Shown here: positions 55,779 through 64,000 of the stretch, in pieces
Position numbering within the stretch: the stretch's first letter is position 1
How the letters are laid out: the number at the start of each line of letters is the position of its first letter
DNA from: Candidatus Pacebacteria bacterium CG2_30_36_39
Lineage (GTDB): Bacteria; Patescibacteriota; Microgenomatia; UBA1400; PJMF01
Direction: 5' to 3'
DNA length: 64,000 nucleotides
NCBI GenBank assembly: GCA_001873435.1
Contig: MNZB01000001.1
Span: 15,573 to 79,572 of the forward strand
Notes under the pieces: model-generated
Seen by the model: only the letters and a program-made list of their open reading frames with translations
What the model was told of the DNA's origin: nothing
Databases searched by the model: none
Translations under genes and position numbers: made by a program

Positions 55779-56735
55779 ATGACAGAATTACAGCGACAAA
55801 TCAAAACAAAGTTCTCAGAATTTCCTCTTGAATTTGACGTACCCATGTCACAAAAAACCTATTTTAAACTAGGAGGACCAGCGGAAGTCTATGTAGAACT
55901 TGCCCAAAAAGAACAAATTGCTTCATTGATAAATTGGTGTCAAGAAAATCATTATCAATATCATTTTTTGGGTGGAGGCAGCAACATCATAGTAGCTGAT
56001 CAGGGAATAGCTGGAATTGTAATTAAAATTATTAATCAATCAATTGAACTAGAAAAAAAATCAAATTACGCCCTAATTAGAGTTGGTGCTGGAATGAAAA
56101 CTGCCCTGTGCGTAAGAAAAACTATTGATGAAGGCTATGGCGGTTTGGAATATTTTTTAGGTGTACCAGGAACTATTGGTGGTGCTATATATAACAATGC
56201 CCACTATTTGGAAGATTTAATTGGAGCTCATGTTAATAGAGTTGAGGTTTTAACTGAAAAAGGAGACTTTACATGGCTTGACAAAGAAACATGTGAATTT
56301 GCTTATGACAGCTCTCGTTTTCAGCGTACCAAAGAAATTATCTATCAGGTGGAATTTTTATTAGAACAAGGCGATAAAAATGAATCAATGGCCATGGTTA
56401 AAAAAGCCACTGAATATCGAGCTCAAACTCAACCACTCGGCTTGCCAAGCTCTGGCTGTATTTTTCAAAATGTTCCCAATAGCCAAACATTAAAAGAACT
56501 CTTCCCTCAATTTAAGGAACGCACTCATGTACCTGGGGGATTTTTAATTGATCAAGCTGGTCTCAAGGGAGCTCACGAAGGAGATATTGAAGTTAGTGAA
56601 AAGCACGCTGCCTTCTTTGTTAATAAAGGCAATGGCACTGCTGACCAAGTGCAAAAATTAATTACTAGAGTCAAGCAAAAAGTAGCTGAAAAATTTAATG
56701 TCTCTTTACAAGAAGAAGTATTTTGGTTGAAATAG
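55779..56735 (+). CDS. murB: UDP-N-acetylenolpyruvoylglucosamine reductase
   Basis: FAD-binding YFKLGGPAEV...GGGSN. Start taken at Met 55779 (MTELQ...), which matches the MurB N-terminal spacing; the ORF-track start at 55725 would collide with truB. Confidence 0.8.
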   Translation: MTELQRQIKTKFSEFPLEFDVPMSQKTYFKLGGPAEVYVELAQKEQIASLINWCQENHYQYHFLGGGSNIIVADQGIAGIVIKIINQSIELEKKSNYALIRVGAGMKTALCVRKTIDEGYGGLEYFLGVPGTIGGAIYNNAHYLEDLIGAHVNRVEVLTEKGDFTWLDKETCEFAYDSSRFQRTKEIIYQVEFLLEQGDKNESMAMVKKATEYRAQTQPLGLPSSGCIFQNVPNSQTLKELFPQFKERTHVPGGFLIDQAGLKGAHEGDIEVSEKHAAFFVNKGNGTADQVQKLITRVKQKVAEKFNVSLQEEVFWLK

Positions 56736-56744
56736 AAAGCAGTT

Positions 56745-58082
56745 ATGACAACAGGTAAAACCTCATTTGTAATTACTGGTGGTACTCCATTGAGAGGCAG
56801 TGTTCGAGTTAGTGGCGCAAAAAATGCTTCATACAAATTAATGGTTGCTGCTTTACTTGGAGATGAGAAATCTAGAATTCTTAATTTACCAGCTATTTCC
56901 GATGTAGCAATGGTGGCAGAAGTTATTAATTCCTTGGGAGCTGAAGCTAAATTTTCTGGTGAAGGTAGTTATTTTATTGATCCTAAGGGTTTGAATAGTT
57001 TTGCTGTAGGAAATCAATATGGCGCTATTTCTCGTGCTTCAACTATTTTTATTGCTCCTCTACTTGCTAAATTTGGTGAGGCTCAGGTTCCATTGCCAGG
57101 TGGAGATAAAATAGGAAAAAGACCTTTGGAAAGACATTTCGAGGGTTTGGAAAAAATGGGGGCTAGTTTTTCTCAAGAAAATGGCATGTTAATTGTTACG
57201 GCTGAAAAACTAATTGGAACTAGATATCGTTTTGCTAAAAATACCCACACTGGCACTGAAACTTTAATTTTAGCTGCAGTCAAAGCAGAGGGCACTACCT
57301 ATCTAGAAAATGCAGCTTTAGAACCAGAAATAGATGATCTAATTTTATTTTTGAATAACATGGGAGCTAAGATTCGTCGTACAGCTCATCGTACTATTGA
57401 AATTCAAGGAGTAGAACATCTAACTGGAGCAATTCATCGAGTAATGCCCGATCGCAATGAAGCAGTTAGTTATGCTTGTGCAGCTATTGCATCCAAAGGT
57501 GACATTATTGTTGAAAATGCTCGTGAAGCTGATTTAATTGCTTTTTTACAAAAACTTGATGAAATTGGCGGTGGTTATGAAATTGGTGACTATGGCATTC
57601 GCTTTTTTTATAAAGGACCTCTTAAAGCTACAGACTTGTTAACAGAAATACATCCTGGTTTTATGACAGATTGGCAACCTCTTTGGGCTGTTTTGGCTTG
57701 CCATGCAAAAGGAACCAGTATTATTCATGAAACTGTCATGCAGAACCGCTTCCAATATGTGGATATTTTACGTCAAATGGGCGCCAATATTGAGGAATAT
57801 TCTCCATTAGTTAATACCGATGCCGAAGAGTTTTATAATTTTAATTGGCAAGACAGAAAAGAAACTGATATTAGAGCAATTAAAATTACTGGTCCTACCA
57901 ATTTTAATGGTGGTGAGTTTACAGTTCATGATTTAAGAGCTGGAGCAACCGTCATGCTTGCTGCAATTAGTGGAACTGGTCAAACTATTTTGCATAATGT
58001 TGAACAAATAGAACGAGGATATTCTGAGATTGATAAAAAACTGGTTTCAATGGGCGCAGAAATCAAACGAGTCATAGAGTAA
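56745..58082 (+). CDS. murA: UDP-N-acetylglucosamine 1-carboxyvinyltransferase
   Basis: 445 aa; EPSP-synthase-like fold with the catalytic Cys region. Confidence 0.92.
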   Translation: MTTGKTSFVITGGTPLRGSVRVSGAKNASYKLMVAALLGDEKSRILNLPAISDVAMVAEVINSLGAEAKFSGEGSYFIDPKGLNSFAVGNQYGAISRASTIFIAPLLAKFGEAQVPLPGGDKIGKRPLERHFEGLEKMGASFSQENGMLIVTAEKLIGTRYRFAKNTHTGTETLILAAVKAEGTTYLENAALEPEIDDLILFLNNMGAKIRRTAHRTIEIQGVEHLTGAIHRVMPDRNEAVSYACAAIASKGDIIVENAREADLIAFLQKLDEIGGGYEIGDYGIRFFYKGPLKATDLLTEIHPGFMTDWQPLWAVLACHAKGTSIIHETVMQNRFQYVDILRQMGANIEEYSPLVNTDAEEFYNFNWQDRKETDIRAIKITGPTNFNGGEFTVHDLRAGATVMLAAISGTGQTILHNVEQIERGYSEIDKKLVSMGAEIKRVIE

Positions 58083-58107
58083 AAAATAGGCTACAATTTT
58101 AATCACT

Positions 58108-59151
58108 ATGGGTTCACTAGCACTTTTTTTAGGTTTATTAATTTTTTCTTTTATCAGTACAAGCATTGTGATTGTGCCGTTCATTGATTTGCTCTACAAC
58201 CTAAAATTCCAACGCGCCCAACAAGTAACTAGAGATGTTTTTGGAAAATTAACTCCTATTTTTGATAAGTTTCATGGTAAAAAAGCTGGTGTACCAGTTG
58301 GTGGTGGCCTATTAGTTATATTGGTAGTTTCATTGCTATTTGCCATGTTTTTGCCCATTATGGGTTTTTTAGGGATTAGTGTTACGAGTGTTTATGCTAC
58401 TCCAGTTACTGAAGTAAATATTTTATTTTTTACTTTTTTATCTTATGGAATTTTGGGTCTTTATGATGATATTAAAAAGTTTTTTGGCTTTGGTAAAGAA
58501 AAGTTTTTTGGCTTAAAGGCTCCATTTAAACTTTTTTTGCAAGTTGTTTTGGCAGTAATTATTGCTTGCATGCTTTATTTCCAATTAGGAATATCTATCT
58601 TACACATTCCATTTATAGGTACTTTTGATCTGGGAGTTTTTTATCTTCCATTCGCAGTATTTGTAATTGTATCTTTTGCCAATGCAGTCAATATTACTGA
58701 CGGTTTGGACGGCTTAGCCTCTGGTGTTTTAATGATTTCACTTTTTGGTTTATGGTTTTTATCAGCTTCTATTTTGGATGTACCTCTTTCTTTATTTTTA
58801 TCTCTTTGGATTGGCTCATTAGTTTCATTTCTTTACTTTAATGTTTTTCCTGCTCGTATGTTTATGGGAGATGTTGGAGCTCTAGCTTTTGGCGCAACTC
58901 TTGGAGTTGTTGGTTTATTACTTGGTAAAGTAGTGGCTCTTGGTATTATTGGCTTTGTTTTTGTATTTGAAGTTGCCACTTCATTAATGCAAATAGTTTC
59001 TAGAAAAGTTTGGAAAAGAAAACTTTTTCCAGCAGCTCCTTTTCATCTCACTCTTCAAGCCCATGGTTGGGAAGAGCCAAAGATTGTCCAACGTGTTTGG
59101 CTAATGCAAATCATGCTCACCTTATTTGGAGTGTGGCTTGCAGTGATTTAG
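58108..59151 (+). CDS. mraY: Phospho-N-acetylmuramoyl-pentapeptide transferase
   Basis: 10-TM protein with NAVNITDGLDGLA and HH motifs. Confidence 0.92.
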   Translation: MGSLALFLGLLIFSFISTSIVIVPFIDLLYNLKFQRAQQVTRDVFGKLTPIFDKFHGKKAGVPVGGGLLVILVVSLLFAMFLPIMGFLGISVTSVYATPVTEVNILFFTFLSYGILGLYDDIKKFFGFGKEKFFGLKAPFKLFLQVVLAVIIACMLYFQLGISILHIPFIGTFDLGVFYLPFAVFVIVSFANAVNITDGLDGLASGVLMISLFGLWFLSASILDVPLSLFLSLWIGSLVSFLYFNVFPARMFMGDVGALAFGATLGVVGLLLGKVVALGIIGFVFVFEVATSLMQIVSRKVWKRKLFPAAPFHLTLQAHGWEEPKIVQRVWLMQIMLTLFGVWLAVI

Positions 59152-59183
59152 TTTTTTCTTTGAACTGGTTATACTGAGAACTT

Positions 59184-60317
59184 ATGAGAGATCGAGGCAA
59201 CTCCCCTACTCAATCTAAGAGTGTTTTTTCTTTGGAAAAAATGATTATGTTGCTCACGTTCTTTTTGTCTTTAATTGGTTTATTTTTTGTTTTTGAAGCA
59301 TCAACAACTGAGAGTTACAGACTAGTTGGTCATCAATATCATTTTTTGAAACAACAGGGCATCTCTCTAACTCTAGGCTTAATTATTCTCTTTATTACCA
59401 AACACTGGCCCTTTAGTTTTTGGCAAAAAACAGCTCCACTCTGGTTTGGCTTGGGATTATTAATCCTATTTTTAGTTTTAATACCAGGATTTGGTGTTGA
59501 ACTAAATGGTGCCAGAAGATGGTTTCTTTTTGGTGGAAGAGTATTTCAACCAGTTGAGTTTTTTAAATTTGCTCTAATTCTTTTTTCTGCAAGCTGGATG
59601 AGTAAAAACCCCAAACCACAAAGTTTTCTTTTTTTTACCGGTATTTTTTCTTTATTTCTTTTACTTCAACCAGATATGGGATCTTTGTTAATTTTATTAT
59701 GGATAGTTTTTGGTATGTTTTATTTGGCTGGTGGAAACTTACGTTTCTTAACCATTATTGGCTCTTTAGGATTGGGATTGTTGGTTGTTGCAATCTTGCT
59801 TTCTCCATATCGTCTTCAGCGTTTAACCACTTACCTTGATCCTAGTAAAGATCCGCTGGGATCAAGTTTCCACATTAGACAAATCACTTTGGCATTAGGA
59901 CATGGAGGTTGGTTCGGGGTAGGGATTGGCAACTCACAGCAAAAACATGCCTATATTCCTGAGGCTAGTAGTGATTCAATTTTTGCAATAGTAGCAGAAG
60001 AAGTTGGTTTTATAGGTGGATCAATAATATTATTGATTTTATTTTTTTATGCTTATCTAATTTACCGTTTAGCTTTGAGTTTTCCAGACAAAAGTTTTGC
60101 TCAAATGTTTGTTTTTGGAGTATTTTTATGGCTAGGTGGCCAGACACTGCTTAATATAGCTGCTGTAGTTGCTTTGGTGCCTTTAACAGGCTTGCCGTTG
60201 CCATTTTTCTCTTATGGTGGCACTTCTCTATTAATGATTTTGACTACAATTGGTATATTGTTATCAGCGGCACGTACAATTAATGAGCCGGTTGGTTCGA
60301 GAATTAGGAAAAAGTAA
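59184..60317 (+). CDS. ftsW: SEDS-family peptidoglycan glycosyltransferase FtsW (position within the dcw cluster)
   Basis: FtsW/RodA fold; conserved C-terminal PLPFFSYGG. Confidence 0.85.
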   Translation: MRDRGNSPTQSKSVFSLEKMIMLLTFFLSLIGLFFVFEASTTESYRLVGHQYHFLKQQGISLTLGLIILFITKHWPFSFWQKTAPLWFGLGLLILFLVLIPGFGVELNGARRWFLFGGRVFQPVEFFKFALILFSASWMSKNPKPQSFLFFTGIFSLFLLLQPDMGSLLILLWIVFGMFYLAGGNLRFLTIIGSLGLGLLVVAILLSPYRLQRLTTYLDPSKDPLGSSFHIRQITLALGHGGWFGVGIGNSQQKHAYIPEASSDSIFAIVAEEVGFIGGSIILLILFFYAYLIYRLALSFPDKSFAQMFVFGVFLWLGGQTLLNIAAVVALVPLTGLPLPFFSYGGTSLLMILTTIGILLSAARTINEPVGSRIRKK

Positions 60318-60321
60318 AGTT

Positions 60322-61437
60322 ATGAAAATTTTAATTACTGGTGGACATTTAACTCCAGCTTTGTCTTGTATGGATTGGATTGCTCAAAATCAACCAAGCG
60401 ATAAATTAATTTTTGTTGGTCGGGAGTTTAGCCAAGACTTATTAAAGCAGGAAGCTGTAGAAAAATATGAGGTAGAGAAACGCAAGATTCCATTTATTGC
60501 TTTTTCTGCTGTTCGCTTGGGACGAGATTTTTATACTCATTTTTTTAGAGAATTAAGCAGATTTTTCCAAAGCATTAAAACTGCAAAAAAAATTATTCTT
60601 CAGCAAAAGCCGACTGTTATTTTGAGCTTCGGTGGTTATGTCGCTGTACCTTTTGCAATAGCTGGTTTCTTAACTAAAACTCCAATTGTTACTCATGAAC
60701 AGACTTTAACTACTGGGTTCGCTAATCAACTAATTGGTTTTTTTGCTAAAAAAATTGCTGTTTCTTTTGAACAAAGTAAAAATGAATTTCCTAATACAAA
60801 AACTATTGTAACTGGCAATCCACTTAGAGCTGGAGTATTTCTCAGTCGTCATCAAAAACCAAATTGGTTACCCAAAGAAATAACTAAGCCAATTCTTTTA
60901 GTATTGGGTGGTAATCAAGGCTCTCAAGTTTTAAATGAACTAATCATTAATTCTTTAACAGAAATTACTAAAGACTGGCTGGTTGTTCATCAATGTGGTA
61001 GGCCAACTACTGTTCGCGATTACTTTAAGGCTTTATCGACCGCCAAATCCCATTTACCTCATGAACAACAAGATAATTATTTTGTACACGAATGGATGGA
61101 TGAAGAAGATCTTTTTTGGTTATATCGCAATGCAATTGGGGCTATTTCTAGGTCTGGAGCTAATGCTACCCAAGAGATAGCTGTGGCTGGTTTGCCGGCA
61201 ATTTTTGTGCCAATTCCTAATTCCCATAAAGATGAACAGTATAAGAATGCTCGTTGGTTGGTAGATATTGGAGCAGCTATTTTAATAGAACAAGCTGGTC
61301 TTAGCCAAGAAGTGCTTATGTTGGCTTTAGATAAAATTCAGTTAATGCAAAAACCAATGCGCGAAGCTTTGAGTAAGTTAAAATTTGAAAAAGACGCTGC
61401 TGCTAAATTATATGAATTAATCAAAGCAGCTATATAA
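60322..61437 (+). CDS. murG: Undecaprenyl-PP-MurNAc-pentapeptide-UDP-GlcNAc GlcNAc transferase
   Basis: MKILITGGHLTPAL N-terminus; GT28 fold. Start at an internal Met with Shine-Dalgarno AGGAAAAAG. Confidence 0.88.
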   Translation: MKILITGGHLTPALSCMDWIAQNQPSDKLIFVGREFSQDLLKQEAVEKYEVEKRKIPFIAFSAVRLGRDFYTHFFRELSRFFQSIKTAKKIILQQKPTVILSFGGYVAVPFAIAGFLTKTPIVTHEQTLTTGFANQLIGFFAKKIAVSFEQSKNEFPNTKTIVTGNPLRAGVFLSRHQKPNWLPKEITKPILLVLGGNQGSQVLNELIINSLTEITKDWLVVHQCGRPTTVRDYFKALSTAKSHLPHEQQDNYFVHEWMDEEDLFWLYRNAIGAISRSGANATQEIAVAGLPAIFVPIPNSHKDEQYKNARWLVDIGAAILIEQAGLSQEVLMLALDKIQLMQKPMREALSKLKFEKDAAAKLYELIKAAI

Positions 61438-61442
61438 ATATT

Positions 61443-62183
61443 GTGACGACAAAATCACGCTTCTTCTTTAGTTTAATAGGTCTCATTGCTGGGATAATTG
61501 TTTTAATTTTTTTAGTGAAAATTAATAATATTCATTGTTTTATTGATAATCAACTTCTTGATAGTGCTCAAGTTTGCATTCAGCTGCAATCACTAAAAGG
61601 TGGCAGAATTTTATTGCGAAACCTAGCTGATGAAAAAGAAGTATTGGAGAAGTTATTTATTACTGAAACTCAAGAGATTTATACAATTAAGTCAATTCAA
61701 GCTTCTTTGAATGGTAGTTTAACTTTTAATTTAGAGACTAGCCCGCCACTTTATCGTTTAGAGCAACATGGTGAGCTTTTGCTTTTCAATAAATCTGGTC
61801 AAGGAAGAAAAAATGATGATCGTGTTATTTTGCCTTTAGTAATTGATAAAAATGGTTTGTTTGAAAAAGATTTTAATTTGAATCATAGTTTTTTAGCTGG
61901 TTTTTTAACTAATTTGGGTGAAGATTTATATAGAATTGAAGAAATAAGATTTATTTCACCAACAATGATCAGAATTGTTTTTAAGGACTTTCTTGATTTT
62001 CTGGTTGAACCCCAGCAAAATCCTCAGCAACAAGCTCTGCGTTTGCAGCGCGTTTTACACAACCTTAATCCAAATCAGATTGACTTATCACTACAAGAGA
62101 TAGATTTACGCTTTGATTTGCCAGTAATGAGAAGTTTTGAGAGTAGTGATTCGGCTGATTTTCCAATCGACAGTCTGGAGTAA
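61443..62183 (+). CDS. ftsQ: Cell division protein FtsQ/DivIB-like (single TM plus POTRA-like region); GTG start
   Basis: Position between murG and ftsA; N-terminal TM; 246 aa. Confidence 0.6.
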   Translation: MTTKSRFFFSLIGLIAGIIVLIFLVKINNIHCFIDNQLLDSAQVCIQLQSLKGGRILLRNLADEKEVLEKLFITETQEIYTIKSIQASLNGSLTFNLETSPPLYRLEQHGELLLFNKSGQGRKNDDRVILPLVIDKNGLFEKDFNLNHSFLAGFLTNLGEDLYRIEEIRFISPTMIRIVFKDFLDFLVEPQQNPQQQALRLQRVLHNLNPNQIDLSLQEIDLRFDLPVMRSFESSDSADFPIDSLE

Positions 62184-62227
62184 ATTTTGTATTATGAAAA
62201 TCGCACCCTAATTGTGCTATCTTATTA

Positions 62228-63541
62228 TTGGAGAATATGCCTAAAAAGAGAGTTATTACCGCCATTGATTTAGGAACTGAAAAATGTGTCACCTTAATTG
62301 CCGTGATAGATGAAGAGTCTGGTGATCTAAAAGTGGTCGGTGTCTCTGCAGTTCCTTCTAAAGGAATGAAACGCAGCATGATTGTTGATTTGGATTTAGT
62401 ATTGGCTACTGTTAGCCAAAGTCTTGATGCAGCCGAGAGAATGGCTGGTTTTGATGTTAAGAGCGTTTATTTATCAGTATCAGGAACTCATGTTAGTTCT
62501 AGAAATTCCAAAGGTGTGGTAGCTGTTGCTGCTCCAGATCAAGAGATTACTGCCAATGATGTAGAAAGAGTAATTGAAGCTGCTAGGGCAATTTCTTTAC
62601 CAGCTGATCGTAAGATCATGCATGTAATTCCTCGCGATTTTAAAGTTGATTCACAAGAAGGCATTAAGGATCCAGTTGGAATGACTGGAGTTCGTTTGGA
62701 ATCAGAAGCTCATATTATTACTGGAATGACAGCTTCTTTGCGTAATTTGGAAAAAGTAGTTAATGATTTGGGCTTGGATGTTGATGGTTTTGTTTTTGCC
62801 GGTTTATCTGCTTCTGAAGTTGTTTTGACTGAAACAGAAAAAGAATTGGGCGCCATTGTGGTTGACATGGGTGCTGGTACTACTTCTCTTTCTGTTTTTA
62901 TTGATGGTGCTTTGGAATATTCAGGCGCAGTTCCGGTGGGCGCTCGCCATATTACTCAGGACATTGCTTTGGGTTGTCGTATTAGTCTAGAAAATGCAGA
63001 GAAAATAAAGATTTTATTATCTGGAGAAGATTTTTCTCCAGTTAAACCTCAGGCTGGTGAATCAAAAGAAGATTTAACCAAGCGTCGTAAAAAAGCAGAT
63101 CGACTTGATTTGGCAAGACACGATATTCATGAGGGTGTTGAGGAGTTGTCTAAGAAGTTTTTACTTGAGGGTGTGATGTTGCCTAGAATGAAAGAGATTT
63201 TTGAATTAATTAAAAAAGATTTGGATAAAAGAGATGTTTTAGATAAGGTGCCAGCGGGATTAATTCTCTGTGGTGGCGGTGCTCAAACTGTGGGCATGAT
63301 TGAAATTGCTAAAAGAGTTTTTAATTTACCAGTGAGAGTTGGTGAACCAACCGATCTTCAAGGCTTGGTGGGTGATATTAAGGGTCCATCTTATGCAACC
63401 AGCATTGGTTTATTACTTTACGGCAAGAATAAAATAGCTGTTGTGCCAGCTAGTGGTGGCATGGGTTCAATTCTCGAAAGCATTGATTTAAAAGGGATTG
63501 GGGATAAAATTCGTGGTTTGCTTAAGTCAGTTCTACCCTAA
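62228..63541 (+). CDS. ftsA: Cell division protein FtsA
   Basis: Actin-like ATPase motifs ITAIDLGT and DMGAGTT; 437 aa. Confidence 0.9.
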   Translation: MENMPKKRVITAIDLGTEKCVTLIAVIDEESGDLKVVGVSAVPSKGMKRSMIVDLDLVLATVSQSLDAAERMAGFDVKSVYLSVSGTHVSSRNSKGVVAVAAPDQEITANDVERVIEAARAISLPADRKIMHVIPRDFKVDSQEGIKDPVGMTGVRLESEAHIITGMTASLRNLEKVVNDLGLDVDGFVFAGLSASEVVLTETEKELGAIVVDMGAGTTSLSVFIDGALEYSGAVPVGARHITQDIALGCRISLENAEKIKILLSGEDFSPVKPQAGESKEDLTKRRKKADRLDLARHDIHEGVEELSKKFLLEGVMLPRMKEIFELIKKDLDKRDVLDKVPAGLILCGGGAQTVGMIEIAKRVFNLPVRVGEPTDLQGLVGDIKGPSYATSIGLLLYGKNKIAVVPASGGMGSILESIDLKGIGDKIRGLLKSVLP

Positions 63542-63663
63542 AAATTGTCTGTTTACTTTGTATCTGAAATCGATTATGGTGTGTGTTACACTTTGATCAT
63601 ATAAGTTAGTATTTTTTGCCATTTTTCTCGAGAAAAATGAGAAATGGAAAAGAACGAAAAACT

Positions 63664-64000
63664 ATGGGATTAGTCAAACCAAGCAATACAACCTTTGCAA
63701 AAATTAAAGTTATCGGTGTCGGCGGTGGCGGCGGCAATGCCGTTAATTCCATGGTCGATTCAAAACAAATAAATGGTGTTGAGTTTATTTCTATCAATAC
63801 AGATGCTCAAGCTTTATTAACTTCTAAAGCAGATACAAAATTGCAAATTGGAAGCAACTTCACTCGTGGTTTGGGCGCTGGAGCAGATCCAGATGTGGGT
63901 CGTACTGCAGCTGAAGAAAGTCGTGAAAGACTTAAAGATTTACTTTTTGATACAGATATGGTTTTTATTACTGCTGGTATGGGTGGCGGAACTGGTACCG
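63664..64000 (+). CDS. ftsZ: Cell division protein FtsZ. 3' end truncated by the window edge.
   Basis: [18 protein letters not shown] tubulin signature and the GGGTGTG T7-loop start. Not in the ORF track because it runs off the window. Confidence 0.9.
   Translation, partial: MGLVKPSNTTFAKIKVIGVGGGGGNAVNSMVDSKQINGVEFISINTDAQALLTSKADTKLQIGSNFTRGLGAGADPDVGRTAAEESRERLKDLLFDTDMVFITAGMGGGTGT

Noticed and set aside
63606-63797. 63-aa minus-strand ORF
   Set aside because: It is antisense to the 5' end of ftsZ, whose tubulin signature begins at 63664. It is spurious.

Overview
Low-GC (~35%), gene-dense bacterial chromosome segment read with the standard genetic code. TGA/TAA/TAG terminate conserved genes at the expected positions, so UGA recoding is excluded. 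Most of the window is housekeeping:
- F1 ATP synthase atpA(partial)-atpG-atpD-atpC, then greA.
- Class I lysyl-tRNA synthetase, serS, secA, fpg and a NUDIX gene on the plus strand.
- An ~11 kb co-directional minus-strand array: lemA-htpX-gatC-(small membrane ORF)-gatA-gatB-dnaE-split transketolase-ldh.
- proS, typA/bipA and prs on the minus strand.
- A fused coaD-coaE gene, a UvrD-like helicase/PD-(D/E)xK nuclease, dus, a surface-glycan cluster (O-antigen-ligase-like, GT2, flippase, SGNH hydrolase) and lepB.
- truB diverging from a dcw-type block: murB-murA-mraY-ftsW-murG-ftsQ-ftsA-ftsZ(partial).
- Nine tRNA genes, parsed by hand: Asp-GTC, Lys-CTT, Arg-TCG, Leu-CAG, Gly-GCC, Leu-GAG, Val-TAC, Phe-GAA, Gly-CCC, Thr-CGT.
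The repertoire (class I LysRS, split transketolase, fermentative LDH, short bacterial-type ProRS, tiny spacers, strong AGGAGG Shine-Dalgarno sites) fits a reduced-genome lineage such as a CPR/Saccharibacteria-like bacterium. That placement is inference only.
The most interesting material lies in small tRNA-adjacent accessory islets. The tRNA-Asp islet (~24.5-26.2 kb) holds a GC3-atypical macro-domain gene, two tiny Cys-containing ORFs with their own Shine-Dalgarno sites and terminators, and long perfect inverted repeats. The tRNA-Phe islet (~38.4-39.6 kb) holds tandem paralogous 4-TM proteins behind a structured leader. Three of these units are driven by a near-consensus sigma70 promoter carrying the same 10-nt TATCCTATAA box 2 nt upstream of the -35 hexamer.
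Other unusual items:
- A DUF4258-like toxin-fold ORF fused to a hydrophobic tail, downstream of proS.
- A GGDEF cyclase flanked by tRNAs.
- A nucleoside-deoxyribosyltransferase/SLOG-like + ribbon-helix-helix (RHH) protein after the helicase-nuclease.
- A secreted Cys protein with an HNH-like segment.
- A truB whose conserved N-terminus has no canonical start codon.
No CRISPR array, transposase or integrase was found.
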